Below, piece after piece: positions 35,050 through 47,099 of a DNA stretch of 64,000 bases. The notes under the pieces were generated by a model. That model worked only from the letters and a program-made list of their open reading frames with translations. It was not told where the DNA came from and did no database searches. Within the stretch, counting starts at the first letter, position 1; the number at the start of each line of letters is the position of its first letter. The position numbers and the translations under genes were made by a program. This DNA comes from Vitrella brassicaformis CCMP3155 (Eukaryota; Protista; Chromerida). The stretch is taken from the NCBI GenBank assembly GCA_001179505.1, contig CDMY01000439.1, positions 1-64,000 of the forward strand, written 5' to 3'.

Positions 35050-36830
35050 CAGGAGTAGCAATGTTCCGCCTGAGTTGCCTGAGTGATGCCGACGATCTTT
35101 TTCCATACAAGCTGTACGTAGTCGTGGTGAGGTCTGAGGAGCTCCACAACCGCATCCAGGCCTGCCAGGCCATCACTACCGTGAGTGGAAGGAGAGGAGA
35201 GATGCCGGGATTGGTACACGGCATGATGTGGCTGCTGGCTGTAGGCTATCAGTCCGGCCAACGGGTTCCTTGTCCAGGTCTTGCCACCAGAGAGCGCCGT
35301 GGATGACCCCACCAAGTTGCTCATCTACATCAAGGCGGCCAAGGGGCGGGAGCACGCCACGATGATTCAGACAGCTGTGGAGACTATCCACCAGGACATG
35401 CGGATCACAAACAAGGCCAACATCACACTCTACGCACAGGTGAGCGATTCCATTCACTGAGGCTGACGGAGCAGACGCACAGGTCGGCTTTCTCTGTCCT
35501 TGTGCCCCTCAGAAGTTCACAAAGATGTCGAACATGGAGTACTTACCGACGGTAAGCGACGAGAGACCACAACCGTCGTTGAGCCGCCTGCCTATGTTTC
35601 TTCCTGGCCATGTGTGTGCAGGTTGAGTACTCACAGGTAACAAGAGCACCAACAGAACTCACATTACATCCTCACCGTGTTCAGTGCTGTTTCCCCCCTA
35701 ATCTGCGCGCGTCAGCCGGCGATAGCTGAGGGGACTCAGGTACAGAGGGAAGTCCAAGACGCCAAAACACTTGTGCAACGGCGTGTCTGTGTCTTCGTTC
35801 TGTGTCTGTGTGTGGTCATAGACATCGCCGCCTCAGGTGCTGCCGTTTGCGAGTCCCATCAACATGGTGGGCGCTGGCACAAGTGCAGGGAGGCCACTGA
35901 ATACCTCTTTGCCACTCTCTTTCTGGGCAGGCTCCCCACCGCCGCGGGCTGCCACCGTCCGGTCTACAGCCCGTGAGAATGCAACACGCTCACACGCAAC
36001 ACAATGCACTTGGTGATATATTTCTATGGATGGGTGGCTGCCTGGTGGCACCTTTCAGGAGTGTGGGTCGCTGGTGGGCCCAAAACGAACGTGTGCCTGT
36101 GGATGTCACTCTCTCGCCATGTTGTGTGTGGTGTATGCAGCCGTATGGGGGCGGGCCGTACCCGACCGTGATGCCGCCAATGGTAGGGCAGTGGTGGCAA
36201 GGGTCCCACATCAATCGCATCACATGATGGCATCGTGCGTGCGTGTTGGCTGTCTGTCGTGTTTGGTGCAGCGCCACGGAGCGATGGTCCGGCCTCCTGT
36301 GAGCGACGCCATTGAGCCGACACTCACATGAACGTCTCTCTGTCGTTTGTGGTGCGTGTCAGCAGATGGTGCATACGCCGAGCAGCCAGAACCTACCGGC
36401 CAACATGTACCCACAGTGTAAGCAGACCAACTCGTTATGAGATGGGTGTGGTGGGTGACACGCACATGGGGTCGCTGGACGTGTGCATCTGTCCGTGTGT
36501 GTGTAGACGGTCACGGCGTGCCGCAGTGGGGGCACAGTGGCTAAACTCAACACAAAACAGCCCAACGAAACACCAAGAAGCGGGCAAACGAGAGGTGTGG
36601 GGTGTGGATGCATCGACGGGTGTGGTGTGTGGTACATGTGGCCTCGTGTGCAGATTGTTGCCGAGTTGTACAGGTTGAAGATAGCATGATGGTCAAGTAA
36701 GTGGCAGAGGAGCGAAAACACACGCGGCCGACTCCACATCGATCAATCAATAAGTGTCTTCTCTTCTGTGCCTGCGCCTGTCTGTCTGTGTGCAGGTATT
36801 GGCCCGCCGCCAGCCCTCGGCGTGCTAGTG
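35050..36830 (+). CDS. Multi-exon unknown gene: alpha/beta module followed by short low-complexity exons
   Basis: YKLYVVVVRSEELHNRIQACQAITT / AISPANGFLVQVLPP..ITLYAQ / KFTKMSNMEYLPT joined by GT-AG introns; the upstream frame is broken. Confidence 0.4.
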
Positions 36831-37117
36831 CGTGTGCATACGATATGTATTGACGGGGCGGGGTGTATCATCGATGTTGTGTTGGTGGGCGGATGATGAC
36901 ATGGATGGATGAGCGGTAGGTTCACAGACAGACAGACAGATGGGAGAAGGGGGTCGTGCGCTGCCTGCCTGAGCCTGCCTGCCTGCCTGCCGTTCGGTCA
37001 CTATGGTGTGTGACTGACTAAAGTGGAATCCGATGTGGTGCCCGGCCGAATGTGTGGTGTCTGGATGGATGGGTGGATGGACTCAGTGACAGATAGATAC
37101 AGACAGATACAGACAGA

Positions 37118-37228
37118 CCGCCCCTTTCGATGATTGCTGTGCGTCTATCCTCTCTTATCTACAGCCTGCTGCTGCTGCTGGCTGTAGATAAGAGAGGATA
37201 GACGCACAGCAATCATCGAAAGGGGCGG
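37118..37228. repeat. Perfect inverted repeat: 49-bp stem, 13-nt (TGC)n loop
   Basis: 37118-37166 is the exact reverse complement of 37180-37228. Confidence 0.97.
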
Positions 37229-38699
37229 GCAGATTGATTCGTCGGCTCATAGGAAGCGCGCCAGCGTGGCATCATAAGCCGACGGACAATCCCTTCCATG
37301 ATCGACGGACAGACAGACTGACTGACAGACAGAAATACGCATAGCTCTATGTTTCTGCCTGCCCACCTTTGCCTGATACCTGGGTGGGTGCCTTTGTGCA
37401 TAGTCTGGTTGGCTGCTGTGGTGATGATGTGCGTGTGGGTTTTCGGCTCGGCTGTCTGTCTGTAGTATTTCCGTGATTAGCGATGGATTGACTGACGGCT
37501 GAATGATGGACAAGCTCGATGCTCACTATTGCACTGCAAAGAAGTGTCTGATCCATTCAATGAATAAATGAAGGCGGGGCAAAATCACCCAGACACAGAC
37601 GCGTTAAACACCACCTCTCCGTCCAGCTGCCTCCCCCGCTCCCAATTTCACTCATTCACTCATCCACTCATTCACTCGACCATCTTTCGCTTCCCTCCTT
37701 CCTCACTGCTCCGCCTCTATCATCGGTATGCCGAACCACTGCTGGAAAATAGCAGCTGCAGCGGCCGACGCATACCTCTCATGGTCATCTACATATCTGC
37801 ACAGAGGGATGCGCAATGAGTCCGAACATCTGGACGTCCAATACACAATCGCACAATTGCACTCACACGCACACAAGCACATCTACACACACGACGCAAA
37901 CACAGAATCACACAACAATGGACCCACCCGACACCTCCACCCCCCACCCACCCAGATGCACATCTGGGTGCATATCATCCATCCACGCACCCACACCTAC
38001 ACTGATGGGTGGATGGATGGATGCCTGTGCGCGTCCTCGAGGCAAGCCGCGAGCGGCCAGCATGTATACATCACATATATCCACACACCAATACCCAAGC
38101 GCATCAGCAATTACACATAGAGACCGGCAGCTGTCACGCCACTCCTTTGGGACCCAACGAAGGTGCAGGGAAACCCTTTCAAGACGCCCTGACGTGACGC
38201 TTATCGAATGGTCTTCCTGAAGGGCTTCCAACGCACCCACGGTGCCTGTGAGAGTCAACCCAAATGGAACGCAGCATACAATACCTACACTGCACCAGCA
38301 CCAGCCGCCCAGACGGCCTCATGCACATGGTGCGCATCGATTCATCCCTCGGTAGACGACTCGTGGTGCATGCGAAACGCTGCGAAGAATCACACAACGG
38401 CGCTTTCTTCCTGCCTCCCTTGATCAAAGTGTGTGATGGGCCAACCGTCTCACTCACCGCTGCGCATGGACGAGGAAGGTAACAGGGCGCGGCATGGCGC
38501 TCAAGGCCTGCACGCAGAGAACAGAGCAGAAGCATAAATTCTGAGAGGCGGTCAACACAGCGTAAGAGTGACTCAGTCCATCAGCGATGTAGCGCCACCC
38601 TCTCACCGTGCGATGCGCTTGCAGCACAGCCGCCGGCTGCTCGTCACCAGCCACGCCACAGGAGCTGAGAGGTGGACAGGCATCTGCCGTTTCACTATC

Positions 38700-40500
38700 T
38701 TTCACCTGACAGATCAGGCAGAAAGCCATCCCGATGATTCATTTCCATTCGCTTGACGTTGTCTTCCTTCCTTTTCCCTTTCTTTGTTCCCTTCGTTGCC
38801 TACTGACGCACACCACAGCCTCAAGGCCTTCTCACTCTTCCTCCTTCCTTTTTGCTGCTGATTCCTGAATAAGCGAACAACCCGAATCTATCTCGAGGCC
38901 GTTCTTCCAGCCCTTTCTCCTCTCCTTTCTCCTTTGCGAGCTTGTGGTTCGAGCTCGCATTTCCTGAAATGAAGCTTCTGGGCGTTTGTTCCGCTTCTTT
39001 CTTTGACTGCCGGTGCGTGTGGCCTCAGTGGGGAGCGGCTCATGCAAAAAAATCGCAAAACGAATTTGCCAGGTTCGAGAAAACCCGCAATTCGATCCTC
39101 ACTCGATCCAATTGGCAAATGAGCCCTTTCCGGCGATTTCGGTGGCCCTCTGAGCTCATCAGGAGCCTGAACGAAGGCCGTGAGTGACGCGGGGCACGAG
39201 TTTGGAGAAACAAGTCATGCGAGCTTCTGCGACACCGCGGCTCTCGAAACCCAAGAGGATTCGAACAAGACGGCAACCAAGTGGATGACGTCTTTTCCCC
39301 TACGCCCTCCTACCACATTGTTCGATCAGCGTTTGCCCTGGCGAATCAACTCAACCTGGAGATACATCAGATGGACATCAACACAGCATTTCTTAACGCC
39401 CCGCTGGACAAGCCTGTCTTTATGCGGTGCCCACCTGGATATGAGAAGCCCGGCCATGTTGTTCGTCTACGGAAGGCATCGTGGATGTGTTGTGATATGC
39501 TGTAACTGTTCCATCTGTGCACACACCACACCATTCGTGCTCATGCTTATGCTGATCTGTGCACTTGTCCACTGTGTGTGTGCGTTCGCTACCCAATGGT
39601 CATCTTCTGGATGCCTTTGTGCTTTCTTCGTGATTTTCTTTTCTTGAGCACATGCCGTGATGGTTCGTCTTGAGAGGGGGTGTCAGGATTGCCAGCTTGG
39701 CAAGACGAACCAGTGCGAGCTTGTGAGCTAGGGTAGATTGCTGTGTAACGGAGAGAGAGAGGTGAAGACAAGGAAAGACAAGGGAAGCGTTCTGAGGAGA
39801 CACGATCTTATCAGCCATCACCGAAGTGAGACCTGTGTTGACCACCCTTCATGATGCCATACATGGACAGAAACAACTTTGACTGACTGGCCAGTCCATT
39901 GGTCTTATTAAAGTAAAAGGCACTCTTACTCTGGGACTTACCGCCCAGCAGATCCTCTATTCAGCTAACTACAGGAAAGGTCCTCACCGGCCTTTTTCTC
40001 ACATTGTATCCTAGTGTAGAAAATTAGAGCCGTGTGTCTCCGCTCCGCGAGTCTATCAAATTCCCCCCTGCTGCCGTGTGTCGAGGGCGCTCGCAAACCA
40101 AAAGGGAAGGAGGAAGAGTGAGAAGGCCTTCAGGCTATGACGTACGTCGGTAGACAACGAAAGAAAGAAAGAAAGAAAGAAGAAATAAGACAACGCCAAC
40201 CAGCGAACCATCGGGATGCCTGCCTGCCTGCCTGATCTGTCAGAGTAGAAACGACAGAGAGAATGTCTGTCTGTTTCTGCAGCCCACGTGTGTCTGCCGG
40301 TAGTGTCTGTCGAGTGGACTGGACAAACCTCTTCCCTCACTGCGGCATCCCATCGGGCGCACCGCTCTCCAGTGACCGGCCCGCATTCAACCAACGTAAC
40401 GGCGACACACACAGAGAGGCAGTCAATCCGTTGACACACTGACACATCATATCATCATTCACGGAGTGGTTCCTTTGTCTAGTGTGACTGTGTGTGCAGG
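38700..40500. repeat. Rearranged copy of the dispersed repeat, split by a ~750-bp insert, plus an inverted piece at 38700-38850
   Basis: 38940-39252 and 40004-40500 together are the reverse complement of 15970-15170; the junction is contiguous in the 44.8-kb copy (gaaaccctcgttgtat). Confidence 0.85.
39254..39477 (+). mobile_element. Ty1/copia reverse transcriptase fragment (~75 aa)
   Basis: RGFEQDGNQVDDVFSPTPSYHIVRSAFALANQLNLEIHQMDINTAFLNAPLDKPVFMRCPPGYEKPGHVVRLRKA matches the copia RGFxQ..F.P..HQMDVxTAFLN..M..PPG..LxK block; no LTRs, gag or integrase seen. Confidence 0.92.
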
Positions 40501-41134
40501 TCATCGCTGCTCGAGCTTGGCCTTGGCGCCCAGACGAGTGATGAGAATGCGGTCGTCCCGCTGGAGGGGTGCGTGGCGCCGACGGAGCCGCTCGACCCCT
40601 CCCTGGGGCAGGAGTCACGCTCGAGCATCGCCATCAGGACCCCCACCCTCGCCCACTTCCCCTCTTCACTGCTGGGCGTGCGGCACCACATTCTCGCAGC
40701 TGCTCGCCACAGCCAGACCCATTTGCCCCTTCGTTTCAGTGTGGGTGTGCTGCCGCTGGGACGTGTCTGTTTGGCAAGAGGAGCTGCAAGGAGACGGCGG
40801 AGGCCTCTCCCGCCATGCAGGCGCTTGTCGCGCGTCGGATGGTCGAAGGTGAGTGGGTCGGTGGGGTGGGGCGGATCTGTGGCTCCCCATCACTGCATGA
40901 ATCTCTGTGTCTGTGCGGCATGGCCAGAGTGGGATACGGCCAAGAGCACTCTCTGATGGTGTCCGAAGCCGCCGAGCAGCTGCACCGTCGCGGGCAGGGC
41001 GACCTGCAGTCCTTCGCCAACAAATACCTCAACAAGGACAACCAACAAACGGTATGTCAGGCAGCCAGATGATACGTGCACGACTGTTGATGTCGATGCG
41101 GATGTGTTTGGTGGCTGTGATGCCCGCCTCCAGT

Positions 41135-41457
41135 AGGTCGGCATTGGGTGCTGTTCCTCTGGCTCGAATGAGGGAACGTGCACAAGAATTCGCACAAGGT
41201 GAGACCCAGATTCCCTTCTATCGTGCACACATATCCCAATCTCCCCTTCTCGCCCACCCATTCAGAGCTATCGAGTCTCTGGCATTGACCAAGGACCTCC
41301 TGGAGTGCTTGAAGAGAGACTTGTTCTCCTGGGTCGATTCCCTGCAGTGCGACCTGTGCGGAGGCAAGACGTCAGCTGACCCCTGTGAGGAGGATTTGGG
41401 GCGGGCTGCACAAGTGCCAGGCACTGACATGCGGCCACACTACGCGATCCCCAAGGT
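41135..41457 (+). pseudogene. Peptide:N-glycanase (NGLY1/Png1)-like fragment
   Basis: GAVPLARMRERAQE and LTKDLLECLKRDLFSWVDSLQCDLCGGKT resemble NGLY1 IPV.EL and LL.WFK..FF.WVN...C..CGG.T; the catalytic CGEW/DHVW region is absent. Confidence 0.6.
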
Positions 41458-41530
41458 GACGTCACGGCAACACACAACACATGGCAGGAATGATGGATGG
41501 ATGTGTGTGCGCGTGTGTGTGTGTGTGTAG

Positions 41531-41904
41531 ATGATGTGTGGGTCTCGCGAACAACGACGACTGGTGTGGGTACAGCCGTGACGGTGTGGACTGCGTGTGC
41601 AAGGAGCACGACCGATGTCTGTCTGTACCAACATGGATACCACAAGTGCGGCTGGTGAGTTGGGGGAGGGGGGGAGAAGGCAAGCAGCACGGCACCTGAG
41701 CATTCCCCCTTTGTGATGTCTGTCTGTCTGTTCCATGATTCAGCGACTGGCACTTCATCAGGAATCTCGCTGGCGCGTCGTGTTCCAAGCCAGAGTGCCA
41801 CTTACAAGGCCGCTGCACTTGCTGTCTTCCAAAGAAAGCCCTGTGAATGCCGCTGGGAAGCACTGCGTCCATATCCGTTTCGTCGCTGGAAACCCAACCG
41901 CTGA
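41531..41904 (+). pseudogene. Secreted phospholipase A2-like fragment with several frameshifts
   Basis: DGVDCVCKEHDRCL (His-Asp dyad motif); removing a 4-nt TCTG duplication gives YQHGYHKCG, spliced to CDWHFIRNLAGASC..YKAAALAVFQRKPCEC. Confidence 0.6.
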
Positions 41905-42725
41905 CCACCTCTCCTCAACTCCGCTTGTAGGTGATCAGGCAGGCAGCCATTCTCGGCCCCAGCCGAATCCTTCACCTCTTTTGTCTGTCGCTATGGGCAG
42001 GTGGCTGTCCAACGGGCAGGAGATGGCTGGTCAGCTCAGATCGCCGTCTGCCCGTGCCGATGAGAAGATCTGAGTTTTCTCTGTGTTGTCACGACTTGTG
42101 TTTGTTGTGCCTGCCTTGTGCATGCATGAGTACTTGCGTGAGTTGATGGACTTAGGCAGGCAGACAAGTGGCGGCAACTAAGCTGGAATGCTCTCATGTG
42201 AGTAGAAATTGAAGGCATTGTGTCTGCCTGTGGGTTGGTTGCTGTTTTTTGGAGTCAAGAGTTCGCCTGTCCGTGTGTGTGAGTGTGTTTGTGTGTTGGT
42301 TCGCTCCTGAGACACCACGATCACATCCATTCATTCACTCATCCATTCAGCCAGCCAGCCAGCCAGCCATCTGTCCATCCAAGACCTCACACAGATCGAT
42401 CACAGAGGCGCACCGACACGTACACCAAAAAAGGGGTTCAAGGCAGAACCAAGCATTGGCAAACAACCGAAACGCAGGCATAAAGCTGCATCCTTCGCGC
42501 TGCAACGTATCTAACAGCCGTAGATCCGTACGCACAGCCACTTCGGTCCTGCGGCTGGCGGTGAAATCGAATCCACCGATCGTTTGGGTGGCTCCCTCCC
42601 GCCCTGTCCGATTGACCGGGGGGAAATGAACCGCCAGCCACTTCACTTGTCAATCCAATCCCACCGGCCAGCAGGCAACACCACAACTCCCCCATACACA
42701 TAAGTGCCCAACAGCGTGCAATCCA

Positions 42726-44270
42726 TCATACTACCGATGGCTCTCGCTGACAATTATCACACACACAGACAGCACGAGATCTTCTGCTGGCCTCACTGTC
42801 GTTTACGGCTCGCTCCTCTTTGCTCACCTTGTGAGTACTGCTCGGTGCGGCCGCCGCGACCTTTCGCTGCACATGGGTGCGCCATGCAACCGTCCCGAAG
42901 CGGGATAGAACCGTCATAATAGTGAACAGGGCAGACACAACGAAGAGAAACGGATTTCTGGCCTCCGTCGCCCACATGATCGTCAGCACCAGGACCGGCA
43001 CTTCCAGCAGGGCAAGGAAAGCAATCCAGAGGTGTTAGCAGAGTGAGGGAGAGCCGCGGATCGAGTAGTGAAGAAACAGCGACACCACGTCAGCCAACGA
43101 TAAGCCCAGGATGATCAAGCCGACAGTTTGGTGGCCTTGCGCTTCTTCTTCCAGACGGCTCCTTGTTGTATCGAAGCACTCCTCATCAGCATCATCCCAC
43201 GGCGAACCGATGGGGGGGACCCCACAGATGGATCTTGCACGACGCCATGCAGTGTCCACCATCGACCACCTGATGAATTCCAGCCCCACTGCAGCATCGG
43301 TAATGAAGTCCATGGCCATTCCCACAACGGCCACCAGTTTATAGAAGCGAACGAAGGTGAGAATGTCCATCCGTTTGAGCCGCCGCTTGACCACCGAGTG
43401 GTACAGGATGGGCTCTATTTGCCGAGCCTTGGCTATTCGCTCGGCCGTCGGTGAGGGTCTCCACTCCGCCCGACGGCCGCAGCATGAGAGCCGGTTGTGA
43501 TCGACGTCGAGTTTCCTCTCACCCGTCGGGCTGGTCGATGCACGGACAATGCGTGGCTCCGACAAAACGATAAAGAGGGCCAACTGAAGAGAGACCGCAC
43601 CAGCCACCCACGCCAGTGTGCCGAAGCGGCCGGGGCCAAAGGGATCAGGTTTCAATGACACATAAACCGCGGTCGAGAAGATGCTCCCGGACAGGACGAT
43701 GGCCAGAACGAAAAAGAAGTAGATGATGCATAGAATGCCCCACCAAAGAGGCGGCGTGCACAGACTTCCCAGTCCAACGAGGACCATCAGAGAGGGCGGC
43801 CCCAAACCCACAATCACAAAGGGAACGAACAACAAACTTCCCTCGTGCTTACGGATGACAAAAAGCAAGTAGCTTATGCCGCCCCACCACCAGACTGCAT
43901 AGATCAGGACGAGGCCGATGATGAGAAGGAAATGCCTCATAGGGTAGTCCGTCAGCCACAACATCACACAGTGAGTCTGCAGCACCAGAAAGCCCCACGC
44001 ATCACCCTCCTCAAGCGAAGCATCCCCGTCGCCAAGCGGAGCCCGGCCGTCAACTGCAGGGGTGGAGACCGGTGTCGAGGTGGTGGTGGACACGCCTGAG
44101 AGCCGAGCGCCGCCCTCGCCATCTCCTTGAGCCTCCGGTTGATGCTTCGATGACTTCGCTGACCTTGTCGTCGTGACGTCCACTTCAGAAGCTGATTGTC
44201 TGAGGACGTCTGTGTCTGGGGGATCAGCCGTGGCGGGAGGAGCGACGGTGACGAACGTGGGCGGCTCCAT
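42726..44270 (-). CDS. Intron-poor multi-pass membrane protein (~7-8 hydrophobic segments) interrupted by one in-frame TAA at 43035-43037
   Basis: The 411-aa ORF continues in the same frame after TAA as HLWIAFLALLEVPVLVLTIMWATEARNPFLFVVSALFTIMTVLSRF.. Confidence 0.75.
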
Positions 44271-44489
44271 GCGTGCGTCTAGTCGAAAGGACGATTGGGA
44301 GCCGTGCGAATAGACGCGATGCTTGAAGGCCGCTGTTGTAGATCTGCTGTCGAGGAAGTGAGCTCGGCAGCCAAATCACGGCGGCTTCGCAAGGAGGCAG
44401 ATGCCTGCGTCCACTCGGAGAGCCGATTGGGAGACGAGATCCGTGCGAATAAACGCGATTCCTGACGCAAAGGCCGCTGCTGCTGATCT

Positions 44490-45010
44490 CAAACGCACTT
44501 CGAAGCCCTTTCTCCTCTCCTCCGGTCTCCTTCCTCCTTTGCGCTTGTGGCTCGAGCTCGCATTTCCTCGAATGAAGCTTCTGGGCGTTTGTTTCGCTTT
44601 TTTCTTTGACTGCCTGTGCGTGTGGCCTCAGTGGGGAGCGGCTCATGCAAAAAAATCGCAAAACGAATTTGCCAGGTTGGAGAAAACCGGCAATTCGATC
44701 CTCACTCGATCCAATTGGCAAATGAGCCCTTTCCGGCGATTTCGGTGGCCCTCTGAGCTCATCCCAAGCCTCGATGAAGGACGTGAGTGACGCGGGGGAG
44801 GAGTTTGGAGAAAAACAAGTCATGCGAGCTTCTGCGACACCACGGCTCCGGAAACCCTCGTTGTATTTCACTGTAGAAACCCAGAGCCGAGTGTCCCCTC
44901 TCCGCCACCCTATCAAATTGGGGCCTGATGCCGTGTGTCGAAGGTGCTCCAAACCAAAAGGGAAGGAGGAAGAGTGACAAGGCCTTGGCTAACGTACGTC
45001 AGTAGATGTT
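44490..45010. repeat. Inverted copy of the dispersed repeat (matches ~15520-15970)
   Basis: Shared gagctcgcatttcct..atgaagcttctgggcgtttg..caattggcaaatgagccctttccggcgatt. Confidence 0.9.
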
Positions 45011-45129
45011 TTTGGATCCTATCGTGGTCAAGGTGTGTGACCGCAGTGGCGGCGCAGAAGTCACCAGGATGATCCAGGTCCCGCCAACGTGGCAGGTAGG
45101 TGAGATACACTGACTGATCTGCCTGTAGA

Positions 45130-46720
45130 TGGCAGATTGGGATCCGCTCGCCTGGATCGTCGTGTGTTTGTTCGTTTGTTCGTGGTGCCTGCAGGAACCA
45201 CAGTTCGTTCAGTACGTCAAAGACTTATTCAACATCCAGTATGATTTCCTCGTGAAGGACAGCACAGGTAGGCACAGACAGGCGGACAGAGAGCAGACAG
45301 ACAGCACACACCAACGCGCAAGTTAGAACCGAGACCATCTGTGATTCTCGTTCTCGCTCAGATGTGTTCACCCCTGTGGCTTCCTTCAAGGAGGGCGAGA
45401 CCTACTTCATCGAGCGCACCGGCACTTCGGCTGCGGCTGCAGCTGATACAGTGGCTGCGTCGGGGCCGTCACAGACACCTGCCTGTCTGACGTAGGCGAT
45501 GTGTGTTGCTTTGGTCTGCCTGAACAAACCTGGTCTCTCCTGTCTTCTTTTTCGTTCAGACCATCTGCACTTGCGCCTTCCGGACGCAGAGAAGCTACTC
45601 CTGGTTGGGGAATTCTTCAACTGTGGCCTCGGCCTCTTCGCCTTCAGCGTGTGCTTCCTCTGTCGTGAGCCCATTCGGAAGGCTGTGGGAGAGGTCCTTT
45701 GGGACCTCACGCTCGTCTTCAAAGGACCCAGCACCTGTTTCTGCCCGCGTCCGTGGGTGCGATCCTCTCGGGGATCTGCCGCTGCTGCTGTCTTTGCCGG
45801 ACACCGCCAGCAACCTCGCCAGCAGCAAGAATCGCTGTCGAGTCTGACAGACATGCGGGAACAGCTTCTGAGCATGCCGCAGACGAAGTGTCCGTCGAAG
45901 CTACCCTCCTCATGAGCGAGGAGCCTGTCGGCCCGCTCGACAACGAACACGCCATCGTACAGTGAGATCTACCGGCTGCTCTATTCGTTGTCTGGTTGGT
46001 GACGAGGAGCCGGCGGCTGTGCTGCAAGCGCACCGCACGGTGAGAGGGCGGCGTTATATCGCTGATGGACTGAGTCACTCTTACGCTGTCTTAATTGCCA
46101 GCCTCTCAACAGTCCTTCCCGTGCTCGGCTCTCCCGTCCCGTTTGTGTTCAGGCCAAGCTCCTTCGCCCATCCGCACCTCCAGCACGGCGAGGTGGGCTC
46201 GCCGACCCCGACGTGCGTCCCATCTCCCACTGCAGTCAGACACTACCTACCGTAGAAAATGGCGTTTGGGCGCAGCGGCAATGACCCCTCGCGCAGCACA
46301 CCAAGGGAGAAGGTGAGAGTGAGGGCGGGGTGGAAGTGTGTGTGGCACAAACAGGCAGGTGGCTACAATACACATCTATGCGTGTGATGATATTCGTCAC
46401 TCACGGGTTCTTTATGAATCGACACATGTACTGAACTTCTGTCGCTGTCTGACGCATCCACTAACGTCATCGTGTCCGAAACATGTGCGTGTCCCTGCGT
46501 GTGTCGCACGGATGCCATCTTTGTTGGTTCCGTTCTGTGTTTCCTCTGTGTGTGTCAGGGCTGATTGGTACACGCGGCTCGGCTGGGGATCCTGGTGTGT
46601 CGCAGAGGCTTCGCAGAGTCGACGTGAAGCCGATGGCTTGCGGCACCGACGAGAAGGCTCACCGTTTGGGTATTGGGGCTCATTCCCCTTCCCCAAGACA
46701 GACAGATCAGGGAGGTGTAC
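45130..46720 (+). CDS. Multi-exon hypothetical gene
   Basis: Exons EPQFVQYVKDLFNIQYDFLVKDST and DVFTPVASFKEGETYFIER with GT-AG ends; the downstream frame is uncertain. Confidence 0.35.
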
Positions 46721-47099
46721 ATTGTACATCTAGCTATCTATGTGTGTGTTTGACGTGGTTGGCTGGCTGGCTCTATGGGTCCATCTACGACTGGTTTCAT
46801 GGATGCTGCGTAGCTAGCTACAGACATTTAATTATGCTACGTGCGTGTGTAGCCGATAAAATGCCCACCTACGTACGCAATGCTACACTATGGTACTCTA
46901 CTACACGCCAGGTATCAGCTCCAGCGGATTCAGCTGCACGCCGGCAAAGTCAAGCATACCTGAATCCCACATATCATATCATGCCACACACCACACCATA
47001 GGCACACATCACGAGCAAAATCCATGAACACACATGCATCTGTTCATTCGTTTGTTCGACTGTGCTGACCCCATCCGACGATTCCGCCGTCCGCTATTG

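Noticed and set aside
198-43037. Alternative genetic code or selenocysteine explaining several in-frame stops
   Set aside because: Intact genes here end normally in TAG (10254) and TGA (11374, 18229); the stops track with duplicated, decaying copies, and no Sec-type redox context was seen
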